Shown here: one piece after another, positions 26,701 through 40,273 of the stretch
Numbering within the stretch: the stretch's first letter is position 1
How the letters are laid out: every line of letters starts with the position of its first letter
DNA from: Protoeuglena noctilucae
Taxonomy: Eukaryota
NCBI GenBank assembly: GCA_958009085.1
Contig: OY253675.1
Location: forward strand, 930,001-994,000
Direction of reading: 5' to 3'
DNA length: 64,000 nucleotides
Made by a program: the position numbers and the translations under genes
Notes under the pieces: model-generated
The model's database searches: none
Told to the model about the DNA's origin: nothing
Seen by the model: only the letters and a program-made list of their open reading frames with translations

Positions 26701-29700
26701 AGGTCAGGGTGTTCTGCCGCGTGCGCCCGAGTGGCGTGACGGGTGACGCCTCGACGCCCTGCGTGGAGTGCTCCGAGGAGGACCGGGAGGTGCAACTGTG
26801 CGTCCCGGGGACACGCGGCGGCAAGGGGTTCACGTTCGACCGGGTCTTCGGGCCCAGGGCCACGCAGGTGAGGGGTAGAAGGGCTGGCATGCCACCGTGT
26901 CATTGCGCAATGGCCACGGCAGGGTGTGCCACACGCGTGCTTGCGCCATTCGACCGCAGGAGGACGTTTTCCGCGAGATGCTGCCCCTGGTGCGGTCGGT
27001 GGTGGACGGCTACAACGTGTGCGTGTTTGCGTACGGCCAGACAGGGTCGGGGAAGACGTTCACGATGACGGGCCCGGAGGGGGCGGGGCCGACGGACGCG
27101 TCGCGCGGCGTCAACTGGCGGGCGCTGGACGAGCTCTTCCGGCTGCGAGCCGAGCGGGAGGAGGAGGGCTGGGCGGTAGACATCGAGGTGCAGGTGCTGG
27201 AGATCTACAACGACAACGTCCGGGACCTGCTCTTCGTGGCGGGGGCCGAGGGGGGCACGGGCCTGGTGCACGTGGGGTCCAGCCGCAAGGACCTGGCGCA
27301 GGCGGGGCGGGAGGAGGACTCCGAGGCAGAGGGCGGGGAGGGGCGCAGGGGCGGGGGGGAGCGGGGGATGCTGGGCCGCAGCCGCACGGCGCGAGACCTG
27401 CGCGCCTCGGCGACGGCGTCCCCGCAGCTGCAGCGGAGTCCCTCGGACGCCGGGCGGCGCGGGGCCGGGCGCCCCCCGTCGGCGTGGTCCGAGGCCCCCC
27501 GCGCCGCGCGGTCGCTGAACGTCATGTCGACGCAGCGGTCGGGGCTCAACGTCCCTGACGCGACGCGGGTGGCGGTGCAGTCGGCCGCGGAGGCGTGGTC
27601 GGTGATGGCGAGGGCCGAGGCGGCGCGGGCGTTTGGGGAGACGCAGATGAACGAGCGGTCCTCGCGCTCCCACTGCGTGGCCTGCGTGGTGGTGCGGGCG
27701 TCCGAGCCCGGCGAGGCGCGCCGCACCGTGTCGTGCCTCAACCTGGTGGACCTGGCGGGGTCGGAGCGCCTGGAGCGGTCGGGGGCGGAGGGCGACCGCC
27801 TGCGCGAGACGGGCCACATCAACAAGTCCCTGAGCGCCCTGGGCGACGTCATGGCGGCCCTGCAGAGCCGCGCGCGCCACGTGCCGTACCGCAACAGCAA
27901 GCTGACGCGGCTGCTGCAGGACTCCCTCCAGGGCCAGGCCAAGACGATGATGTTCATGCACGTGGCCCCCGAGGGTTCGTCGTACGGGGAGTCCCTGTCG
28001 ACGCTGCTGTTCGGTCAGAAGGTGGCCTCCGTGACCCTCGGGCAGGCCCAGCGCAACGTGGAGCGCACCGAGGCCACCGACCGGGCGCAGGCGCGGGCGA
28101 GGGAGAGCGAGGCGGCCGAGGCGTTGTCGCGCATGCGGGGGGAGCTGGAGGAGGAGAGGAGGCGGGCGCGGAGGGCGGCAGAGGAGAGGGACGAGGTGCT
28201 GGGGTGAGCGGGGCAGAGGGATGATTGCACATGTGTGGGGGAGGGGTTGAAAGCGAGGTTGCTAGCTGGCGCTCCCTCGAGCATTACAAACCCTTTGGCC
28301 CCCTCCGCTTCCTTGCGTTGGCTTAGCTGCCCTCCTGTCGCCTCGCAGTCGCCTCGCGGAGGCGGAGCGGCGGCTGTCCGAGCGAGACGCCGGGGCCTCC
28401 GCAGCGCTGCTGAGCATGCAGGGTCCCCAGGGGGCCCTACTCCGCGCCAGCCGTGAAAGCGGGCCCGTGCTGTCTCACGCCCTGCCGAACGTGGATTTGG
28501 AGGCTGAGGAGGAGGGCCACGACGATCACGGGACGAGCGTGAACCGGAGGAACCGAGGGGCCCGGGCCTTGGGTGCGGAGGGGGCAAAGGTGCTGTCAAG
28601 CGATGGGCCTGGGACGCCGGGCGGGCCTGCGAGCGCGGGGCTGCGGGCAGTCGAGGCAGCGGTGACGCCCATGGATGCGTACGGAGAAGAGGGGTGGGGC
28701 GAGAGCGCACCACGCCCGGCCTGGGAGCCAGCCTTGCGGGAGCCGTCTCTGCCTGGGACACCGGACCGCAGCCCGGCTGTGGAGCCAGGTGACGACGCGG
28801 GGCTGGCGTGGGAGGCGCGGCTGGGAGCGGGGGAGCCCCGCATGTGAGCAACACGTCCCGTCTCCTCCCCTCCTCCGCAGCCCTGGATCAGGATACGCCC
28901 CAGTCTCCTCAGCCTCTCCTGGAGTCCCCACTCCCGATACGCGCAGCCACGCGCCCGCACCCCGTGTCCCTCCGCGCGTCGGCCGAGGCTGCGCTCGACC
29001 CCACAAGGGGACCGTCTGCCTCGGCGTCTTCCTCATCCAGGCAAGTGACAGTGGCGATGCGGTGCGCATGCACTCCTCACCCAGACAATCGTTGCAACTG
29101 CCTGGGTGAAATATTCAAGCGGCAACCGTGACACTCTGCCCTCGTGCTCTTCGCCACCGCAGGCCCTCCCGTGCCCAGTCGCCCTTCGCCACCCTCCTCG
29201 CTTCGCGGTCCGTCTCCTACGCCCGCCGCCCCACCTCATCCGCCACCGCGCCCGCCACCCCGGTGCACGCGCGGCACCACGGCGGGGGCCCCTCCAACCC
29301 CAGCACCCCCCCGCCCACTCCCTACGACGACAGCTACGCCCACCGCGGCTGGGCCAGACCCGACACCTCCAGCAGCCGCCGCAGCAGCTCCGGCGGCCAG
29401 GCACCCCGCGGTCCCCCGTCCGCGTCGCCGTCCGTGGCCTCCTCCCGGGCCGCGACCCCCGTCGGTGCGGCGCTGGGGCCCTACGCCCGCTCCGCCACGG
29501 GAGTCCGGGCGGTGCGGTGCTCGGCGTCGCCGTCGCCGTCGCTGCCCGGGGCCAACGGGGTGGCGGACAGGGACGGCGTGGCCGCCATGCCGCGACACGT
29601 GTCGTCCGGAGCACTGACGGGGGTGCGCGCCAGCACGGGCACGGCGGTGTGGGCGAACGACTATGCGTCACGGTGAGGGGCGATGGAACTGGCGCTTCTC

Positions 29701-30116
29701 TTGCCCTGCCAAGTCTGCGATCAACCGCACTCACCCTGACACCGCCCGCCCTCTTTCCTCATCGCAGCGCCCTGGCCCGCCCTCCCCTCACCCCCGAGAC
29801 CTCGGCAGCGGATGCATTGGTCCCACGCCGCACGGGCACCACCCCTTCGCTGGCATCGGGCAAGTCCGGCCGTGCCACGCGACACGCGGCCAGCGAGGCC
29901 ATCCAGCGGCACGTGGAGCGCATGCAGAGCAAGAGGAGGCCGGCGATGGCCTTTTGGGCGCCCGTGGCTGGAGCGGCGGACAAGGGGCCCGGTGCTGGCG
30001 CCAGCGGCAGCGGCCGCGTGTCGAGCGCCTCCGGGAGCCTCTCCGGCGCCCGCTCCATGACGCGGTCGTTCACGGGGGCGGCGGACCCGGGCAGACAGAA
30101 GCGCGAGTGGAACTGA
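23793..30116 (+). CDS. Kinesin-14 with N-terminal calponin-homology domain (KCH-like), multi-exon
   Basis: CH domain (LAAWI...LRNGVLLCRL...NVEAFLEAA...FGFADL...VVECLLHL), a coiled coil, the kinesin-14 neck LWNQVQDLKGQVRVFCRVRP, P-loop GQTGSGKT, SSRSH, LVDLAGSER and HVPYRNSKLT, then an S/P-rich tail. Start and tail exons are less certain. Confidence 0.88.
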
Positions 30117-30222
30117 ACACAAGTGGCGCTGGGAACCTACATAGCGGCCCTCCAGGCAGGACTTCAGCGGCCCTTGTGGCCCTGCAGACAGGGTTAAGGG
30201 CCTGCACTGGGCATAGCCAATT

Positions 30223-30227
30223 TTACA
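30223..30227 (-). promoter_or_regulatory. Possible chlorophyte-type poly(A) signal TGTAA
   Basis: TGTAA on the minus strand about 260 nt downstream of the stop at 30487. A 5-mer can occur by chance. Confidence 0.3.
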
Positions 30228-30486
30228 GAGACAAGGTAGCCACCGATTTTCAGGTTGATACAGTGGAGCGTCGCGAGTGGCACCTAGTGCAAGCATAGCA
30301 TACCATAGCACCTCAAAGGGACGACGTTGTGTCCCGAGGCATGTGACAATTAGCTTTCAACGCTCGCACCATCACTCGGCACACTGCTTCAGGACACAAG
30401 GAACAGCTTGCGCAATGCCGTTTCTGAACTGGTGACGCGCCCAGCTTGACTGCCCTGTCAGGGCAATGCACCACTCCAATGCCGCC

Positions 30487-33400
30487 CTATCCGCTGCTCT
30501 GCTTCTGCGCCTGGACCGTCTTCTGCACCATCTGGAATTCCCCCCGCCACACTCGACGCGGCTTGGTGGCTTTTGAGTCGTGCACGGCCATCCGCGGCGC
30601 CTTGGCACCCTGCAGAGGTCGACAGACATGGACCCCAGGTCAGTCGATGCTCAGCAAGTGACATGGCCTGGGCTCGCAGGGCCGCCAACCCCGCGAAGGT
30701 CTTCGCTTCTGCACAACGCGGCCCTCACCTGCCTCCCTGCCGCTGCTCCCCCGCCTCCTGCCAGGCCCAGCGCTTGCGACAGTCGCACCGACACCTGCCC
30801 CCGCACGCGCTCCAGCTTGGCTGGGGACATGTCCCGCACGGATCCTGAAGACGCGAGGGCACAGACGCGCCGAAGCTCCGTCAGAAGCTCCGCGAGCTCC
30901 GCCTCCCCTTCCAGCCCCAGCCACGCTGCCGTGCATTGGTGTATGTCACCCGCCCCTGCCCCTCGCACCGGGGTGCGACGCAGCGGCGTGCCTGCTTGTC
31001 TCCGGGGTGGCGTCACAAGAGGCGTGGCAGGCACCGCAGCCTGGGTCGGGGTGGTCTTGACGGGAGTGCGCAGCACGTCACGATCGCCGAGCCCCGCTCC
31101 CCACCCCTGCCCCCCCGGCGAGCACCCAGCTAGCACCGGCGCCGCTCGTCCATGCAAGTCTTCCCGGGTCGGGAAGAGCTCCCGCCGCACCGCGCTCACG
31201 AGGCCCCACACGCCAGGCAGACGCGTGCGCCACAACCCAGGCGAGGGTCCGGGCTCCTCCCCCGACCGTCTCTGCCCCCGACCCACCGCGCCGGCCCGCC
31301 CTGCACCTCTCTCGCCAGTCCCAGGGCCCCTTGCCTTTCCCCGGTCAAGTCCTTTCAGCGCCTCCAGAAGCACCCCGTTGGCTTCCAACCCCCTCAGCGC
31401 CGCTGACACATCGGTCAACAAGCGCCCAATGGCGGAGAGGACCCTGGCAGGGGAGGGCTGAAGGCTCTGGCCGGCTTGTCTGCCGCGATCCGCCTGCGTT
31501 GCGGCGAGGCGGGCAAGGGTGATTAACAACCGTGGGTGACGAGACCCACCGCTGCGTCATTGACGGAGACCGACCCGGCAGTCAAAGCACGCGCTGCGTT
31601 GCTAGCGTGAATGAACAGACCACAATCACTCACCAGAATGTCATCCTCCACTTCCGGCCACAGCCCTCGCCACGCCTCCCTCGCCGCAGCTGCCACCCTC
31701 CCATCGGCCACGCCAGGGCGCGCAGGTGCACGGCCGCGGGACCCCGCTCTCCTCAGTGCCGCCCCATCCCTCGGCTTCACTCTTCCCTGCTCATTGGCAG
31801 TGGGCACCCCCACCTCTGTTCCCACGCGAGCCGCCAAGTCCGCATTGTCAATGACCGGGGCCCCCGACGCAGTTGCACCGGCGTTGCTGCGCCCCCTCCC
31901 GTCCACCATTGCCCCGATGACGCCCGCCCCTTCCCGTACCCCCACTCGCTCCCCACTCACAGCCCCTTTGCCACCCGCCCCCACAGCCCCCTGTGCCCCA
32001 GCATCCCCGGCAGCCACCGCCTCCAGTCCCTCGCCCTTCCCGTCGCCCCTCCGCTGCCCCCCCGGCGTCTCCTGCGTTCCCACGCGCCTCCGCTTCAGCG
32101 GCGAGGTCACTTCCTGCTCCCAGTCCCCCACTGGGCGCCTCTTAGACCCCGGCGTTGCTTTGGATGACACGCACCCATCCAGCCCCGTCTCAGACGCCCT
32201 TGGGCACTCCATGGCCTGAGTCGGAGGGCAATCCTCCGACACAAGCGGCTGCGGCGGCGCCTTCCCGGCGCTCCCCTCCATGTCCCAGTCCGTCGGCACT
32301 GACCCGAGCGCCACCCCGCCCCGTTCAGACTGCGCCTGTGCGCCGACCAGGTCCCCTGCGCCTCCCACCTCTCTGCGCCTCACCCCTCCACCCTCACCCA
32401 GACCCAATCCCATGACCTGCTCCACAGGGTTCTTCTCGGCTCTCTCTGTCACCCGGTGTTGCCCCGCGCTTTGCAGGCCGGCCATGTGACGACTCCCCCT
32501 CGCACCCACCCCCGAGTACGTCTCTTGACGTGCACCCACGCTCGCCGCACCGTTCGCACCCCTCCCGGGCCCTGCACCCCTCTGCCGCCCCACCGCAACC
32601 GCTTCGCTCAACCCCCTGCCCTCACGGTTTCTTCCCAAGCCGTCACGGCTTGTGGGCGGGCCAGGCACCAGAGTCCGCGAGACAGTGAGAGCGCGGGAAC
32701 CACGCAGGGTATCACTAACGCTTGCAAGCTGCTGGCCTTTGCCAGTAGTCGTCCTGCCACTGGCACCACCCATGCCCGCCGCACCGCCCCTGCCCCCTGC
32801 ACTGGTGCGAGCCGACGCTTGCGCGTCCGCCCTGCTCGCCGCCTCCCCATCCGCTAGCATGGCCTCCCAGGCCGCATGCAGCTGCGCAGCCGTGGCGTCC
32901 CAATGCCTGACCAGGCCCACTATGCCCCTCTGCCACCGTGCCATCTCTAGAGACTCCTCCTCCAGCCCCTGCCCCCACAAAAGACCACCGCTACCGCTGA
33001 GGCCCAGCCCCTGTGCCACCCCACTCGTACCACTGGCGGCACGCAGAGCATCAAGCACCCCTCCCTCCTCTAACCAATTCTCAGAAAGCATCGTTGCGTC
33101 ATGCTCGCCCCTGCCGCCTTCCCAAGGACTGACATGGACCTGAGCACTGGCAGCTTTGCCTAGACTGTGGAGTTTGTTCCTCAGACAAGAGACTGGGTCC
33201 ATTCGAAACTCCATCGCCCAGGCCCACGCAAGGTCCACTGACAGCGTCCCTCGTCCCTGGTCACCCACCCCAGCGCTGAAACCCACCGGTAGCAGGCTCA
33301 CAGCGAAGGTGAGGGTCTCCCCGCAGTTCTCGTCCCCAGCCCTGCGCCCCTCTTTGCCATCCCACCAGCCATGCCCAGCAACCTCCCGCTCAGCCCGACT

Positions 33401-35253
33401 CAGCACAGGTGTCAGCAGCATGTAGGGCAGGGACGCGTCGTACCGATCCCTTTCCCTCGTCACGGGAGCCACGGGCGCCTTGCCGCGCACCTCGCCCGCC
33501 CTGGCACAGCGGCTGACGTCCCCGGTGGTCGCACCCCTCACCGTTGCGGCGCGGCTCTGGGCGCCAGCGAGGCCCTCAGAGCGGCGCGAGGGCCGCACCA
33601 CGAGGCCAGCCACGCAGGGGTCTCCCTGCGCGTCCCCGTCGTGCCAGAGACTCTGCAGCGCCCTCAGCGCCTCAAACGCCATCCGGGCTCCACTAGGCCC
33701 GGTCCCATCTGCGCGTCCCTCGTTGCGGGCTTTGCTAGCCAGCGCCTCTGAGCCATTTGCCGCCCCTGGAGCGGCCTCTCTTGACTTGGCAGGCAAGGGG
33801 CTTGGCTCGGGGGGAGGGGCCACGTGGAGTTGGAGGGCGCCGGCCGTGAGCGGGGGCAACGCTCGGACGAAAGAAACCACCTGCGAACGGGACAGAATGG
33901 AGCGCGATGGCCATGCAGATGGGGGCGCACACTTGCATAATCCAGGAGTGCAAGGGAGGTTAGAGACTCTTACCTCCAGGTCCAAAGGCTCGGCCTGGTA
34001 ATACCCAGCCCCTTTACGCGACAAAGAGAGCCCCTTTCCTTGGGACGCTGGCATGCCCGGCGCGCCCGGGGCGGCAAGCGTGGCGCGGACGGCAACGGGC
34101 GGACCCTGGCCCCTCCGAAAGAGCAGGTGCTTGGCGGGGAAGCGCAGAGGCCCGGCCCAGAGCGTCGTGATGCCCACGTGCGCGCTCAGCGCAGACACGG
34201 TCCCGGCCCAGCGCTGAGAGAGGGTGCTGAAGTCCCCCTGGGGGCCACTGGACGGCGTCTGCGCCATTGCGGCAGTGTCGCCATCCCGGCCGAGTGGAGA
34301 GCCCATCACTTTCGTCGCTTGCGGCGGGGCTGAGGGCGGCTCCAGCACGGAGCAGGACAGGAACCTCTCCAGGACTTGGACCCAGGAGGGCTCCATGGGG
34401 GCGTCCGGCACCACTAGCGCCCGCATCCGCTCCGGGCCGAGGGCGTCCCTGGGAGGCCGGAAGTTGGCATAAGCAGGGTTGGTAAGCGAAAGGGCGCTAG
34501 GACGGGGGCGTCACAGCTAAGCATGGCCACTCACACATCCCACGCCCTCACCTGCACCGCTGCAGCAAATCGGATGCCGACGCCTCCCTCTCCGACCAGC
34601 CCTGCACGCCGGCGAAGGCACGGGCGAACCACAGCACGGTCAGGTCGCTGTCAGGGCCGACCGTGGACACCAAATCCCCCAAGAGCCCCACGAAGCCCAC
34701 CATCGACTCGAGGACATCGACATCTGGGCCAGGGGACGCCTGGGGGACAGCCTCCCCCGCGGGAATCTCCTTCCCCGGTCCCAGCACGATCCATGGGCTG
34801 GCCCCTTGTCCTCGAAACAGGGTTTGCCTGCGGGCTTGCAGCGTGAGCGGGGGTGCATCTGCTAAGAGCAGAATGCAGATGCGACCTGGAGTCGCAGAGC
34901 GGGCCAGGCGGGGTCCTTGACTTTACCGCGCAATGTGGCGGCCCGGAAACTCACCCGTCGCTTGCGGCGGCAAGCCATGTGGGGAGGCGAAGGGCCGTTC
35001 CGGCCCATGGCGCGCTGGCGTGCTTGGCGGCGCAATGGGCCTCTCTGAGCTCCACTAGAACGCGTCGAAGAAAGTCATTTTGTTGGTCCGGTGCCTGCGG
35101 GGGACCGTGCAAAGCCAGTCTCGCGCCAAACGCAGAAGCAAGCACGCTGTGACCGCACACACGGTGGCGGGGAACGGGGTCGACACGACGTGGCGGGTGC
35201 TTGCGCGCGGTGACCTCCTCAAGCGTGGAGAGCAGGATAAGGTGCTTTGGCAT
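30487..35253 (-). CDS. Large uncharacterised protein with folded-looking N-terminus and CDK-site-rich disordered C-terminus
   Basis: Exons can be joined in phase from MPKHLILLSTLEE through the 967-aa ORF (which probably hides a small in-frame intron near 33880-33970) to GAKAPRM...KQSSG*. Confidence 0.6.
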
Positions 35254-35730
35254 CCCGGGGCGATCGGAGCAGTCTTGGCCAGCGCCGCGGGCGCTGAGGT
35301 CTGAATGTCGTCACTTGTAAAAGAGCCCGTCAGCTAAGACCCATGACAACACCATTCATGCTAGTTGTCGGCTGATGGGCGCATGTTTCGGGGAATATGG
35401 GCGTCTCCGGAGCGGCCACTGCAAAAGACAGCTGAGGGGGTCTCAAAGGGCGGGAGAGACCTTGCACGCGACGTTATCGCCGCTTCCTAGCTCAACCTAG
35501 CACATCGCTTATATAATATTGATTTGACAGCAACGTACGGCCACTTTACCCCTCCCTCGCACGCGCAGCCCGTGTGCTGCACAGCGCAGACTGACTCGCT
35601 TTCTTGCGCGGCCCAACTCCCGGCGTTTCGTCACGCCGACCGAGTATGCATAAGCGCAGTCTTGCTTCCGAACGCTCGCCGACTTCACAATTGATGGTTA
35701 CCGACCCTGGTTGCCTCTGCCGCCCTGCCT

Positions 35731-37529
35731 CTACCGTGCGTGTGCCCGGTCCTGCTTAATCATCATCTCGGTGTAAAACTCCCCCGCCTTGTAGGAGGAG
35801 CGCACGAGCGGACCCGACGCCACGTAGCGGAAACCCACCTCCTCCTCCCCGTAGCGCTTCCAGAAGTCGAACGCCTCGGGCGTCACAAACTCTGTGACGG
35901 GCAGATGACGTGGGGTGGGCTGCAGGTACTGTCCGAACGTGACGATGTCCTGCGAGCGAATCCACAGCGATGTGTCCAACTGCCGGCCCGCATGGGCGAC
36001 CGAGAGCTGCACGATCATGACTGGTCATCCCAGCGCGACGCACCACGCCGACCGTCTTGAGGTCCCAGAGCGCCGCCTTGATCTCCTCGTCCGTCTCGCC
36101 AAGCCCCAGCATGATGGACGACTGCGGACCAGGAAGGGGCGCACACTGTTGCGGCGCCTGTGCCGCTGGACAGAGCCTGGGGAAGCAAGTACGCATGACG
36201 AGAGGAGCATCGCATCACGGGACGCAGTCATCGGCGTGCATGCACCTTCGTGTACACCTTCTCGCGCTTGGCCGCCTCCAGCACCAGCAGCGACTGCTCG
36301 TACTTGGCGCGGGGGTCCCGGACGCGGCGCTGCAGGCGCTCCACTGCAAGCAGGAGCCGGCCGGGGTGGGCGGCACGCATGGAAGCCCAGCACTGCACCT
36401 CGCGCTGCGATGGGGGTGCCGCCGCTCCCGTCAACTCAACTCTCGCTTGCAGCCCGCGCTGCTCCCGCCCCACCTGTCTCGATGTTGTGCGCGTAGACGT
36501 CCAGCCCGGAGCGCGCGAGGTGCCGGACGTGGTCCACGTTGCCCTGGAAGTCGGGCGTCAGGCATTCCACGAGGATGTCGGGCCGCAGCTCCTTGATCGC
36601 CTTCACCGTCTGCACAGGGACGCAGACGGGCGCCACCGTCACGCCCCCTCCGCTCGTGCGCTGGGCTCACACGCCGGACAGACCACGGCGGCAAAGTAAG
36701 TTGCTAGTTGGTAAAACGCAGGCAGCCGCCCCGTCACCTGCGCAAAGTGGTCCGCCCCGCTGTCCGGCACGTCGTCTCGGTCGACCGAGGTGAGCACCAC
36801 GTAGCCCACGCCCCACGACGCGACGGCCTCTGCCGTGTTCCTCGGCTCGTCGGGGTCCAGGGGGTCTGGGGTCTGGGATGTTTTCACCGCGCAGAACCGG
36901 CACCCCCGCGTGCACGTGTCGCCCATCACCATGATCGTCGCCGTGCCCGTCGCGCCGTTCCAGCACTCGCCGATGTTCGGACACTGCGCCTCCTCGCACA
37001 CCGTCGCCAGCCGGAGACCCCGCAGCTGCCCCGTCAGCTCCTGGTACCGCTCGCCCTGGGGGGCACGCTGCTTCAGCCACGGCGGCTGCGATACAGGAGA
37101 CGGAGGATATCAGATGCGCACCTCAGGGTGTCGAGACACACGGCATCGGGCACCAAGGCGGCGCGCGCCCTCGCCTTCACGGTCCCGGGACGCTTGCCGC
37201 TGGTCCCCGCATGGCTGGCCAGGCTCCGCTGCGCCCGATCCGCCAGCGACGGGTCCTTGGCGACGGCAAGCTTGACGAGCTCGGCAAAGGCGTCCTGCTC
37301 CCACTCAAGCTCCTCGGCCTGGGCCGATGTCCCATCCTGTGTTCAAGGGGGCACCGTCTTCCCGCACTGTCTTCCTCGACAGCCATCGTTGCATGCATCG
37401 CTAGGTAGACAAAAGCCTTACCCTCGCAGCACGAGACGGCAGACGGCGTCCCCGAGCCGGGGGTCCCGGGCGCCTCGGGGCGCGGAGATGGATAGAAAGG
37501 CGTCCAGCGAGGGGACCCGACGCCATCAT
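35731..37529 (-). CDS. LIP1P: Lipoyl synthase, plastid type (radical SAM)
   Basis: Transit-like N-terminus, then [47 protein letters not shown] and [15 protein letters not shown]. Six introns. Confidence 0.95.
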
Positions 37530-37883
37530 TGCCTCCTCGACCGGCTGACGTGTAGGATAGTCTCGAAAGAAGGGGCGAGCGCCGATTACGGGAGGCCGAC
37601 GCGGTCCTGCGCGTGCGCGTCTGCTCTGGCCACGGGCACCTCGAGCGGCAAGCTTGTGCGACGCGCAAACTCGTGGCGAGGGCAGCAGGCTCGCATACGG
37701 CGCGGCAACAGCGTTTTCAGGAGCAGGGGTGGTCGCAGGCGGAGATTTGGAGCCCAACCGGGGAAAATCCCTGCCAGCAAGCCGTTTCAAGAAACTTGCC
37801 GAGCCCAGGCGCCTCCCCGCGACTCGGCCAGTCCGCACCGTCCCCAACCCGGCTGTCGTCGCATACTCCAATCGCTTGTCGCC

Positions 37884-39571
<1,688 letters not shown>

Positions 39572-40273
39572 GGGCAGAGAGCAGGGACGGCGACGGCGAT
39601 GCTAGGGGAGGAGAACATAGCAAAGACACGGGAGGTGGCTGTGGCACTTTGGGGAGCCGGTGCAGGCACATACACGGGGTTGCTTGGTGGGCGAGGCCTT
39701 GCCGCGCCCCGTTGCGCCCGCCAGCTCTTGTGGCCGTGCCGCTCCCATTGCGTGTCGAGGATTTCCTGCGCTGCATACGTCGCCTCGGTGCATGGGATGC
39801 CACTGCCGGGGAACAGATAAGTTCGGCAGGTTCAGGGCATACGTGGGGCTCGCGTGTTGGTTTGGCGTCGGCTGGCGATGGCGACGTGCACCCCCTGCGC
39901 TCGACTCGCCGCGGCCAGGGCCACGCCCGCCTGCCTGTTTGCAACCGTGGTCCGTTGTCTTGTCGAAGCAGCTAGCAGCGAGGAACGCCTAGCGGGCATT
40001 CAAGGGCGCATTGGGATGCGGTGCAAGCGCATGGCAGTCTGCGCCTTGCCATGCAAGCGGCAGGGTCGGCGACGCCCCTTCCAAAGGACAGCGTCGAGCT
40101 ACCGCCCGAGGCAGTGCCGGAAAGCAACGCAGACGGAAGTCGCTTCCGACAGCCGAGTTGCAATGCTGTGCGCAGCGTGGTATAAGAGACACAAGGTTGG
40201 CCACCCGTTTACCCTCCAGTGCTCAGAACGCCGTAGCGTTGGGACGACACCCAGCAGACATAAGCGAAACCCC

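Noticed and set aside
21568..37529. MECR and lipoyl synthase as a lipoate pathway cluster
   Set aside because: They are about 12.5 kb apart with unrelated genes between, and they appear targeted to different organelles (mitochondrion versus plastid).
37530..37883. E2F sites in the PCNA promoter
   Set aside because: Only imperfect matches (for example ccggggaaaa), expected by chance.
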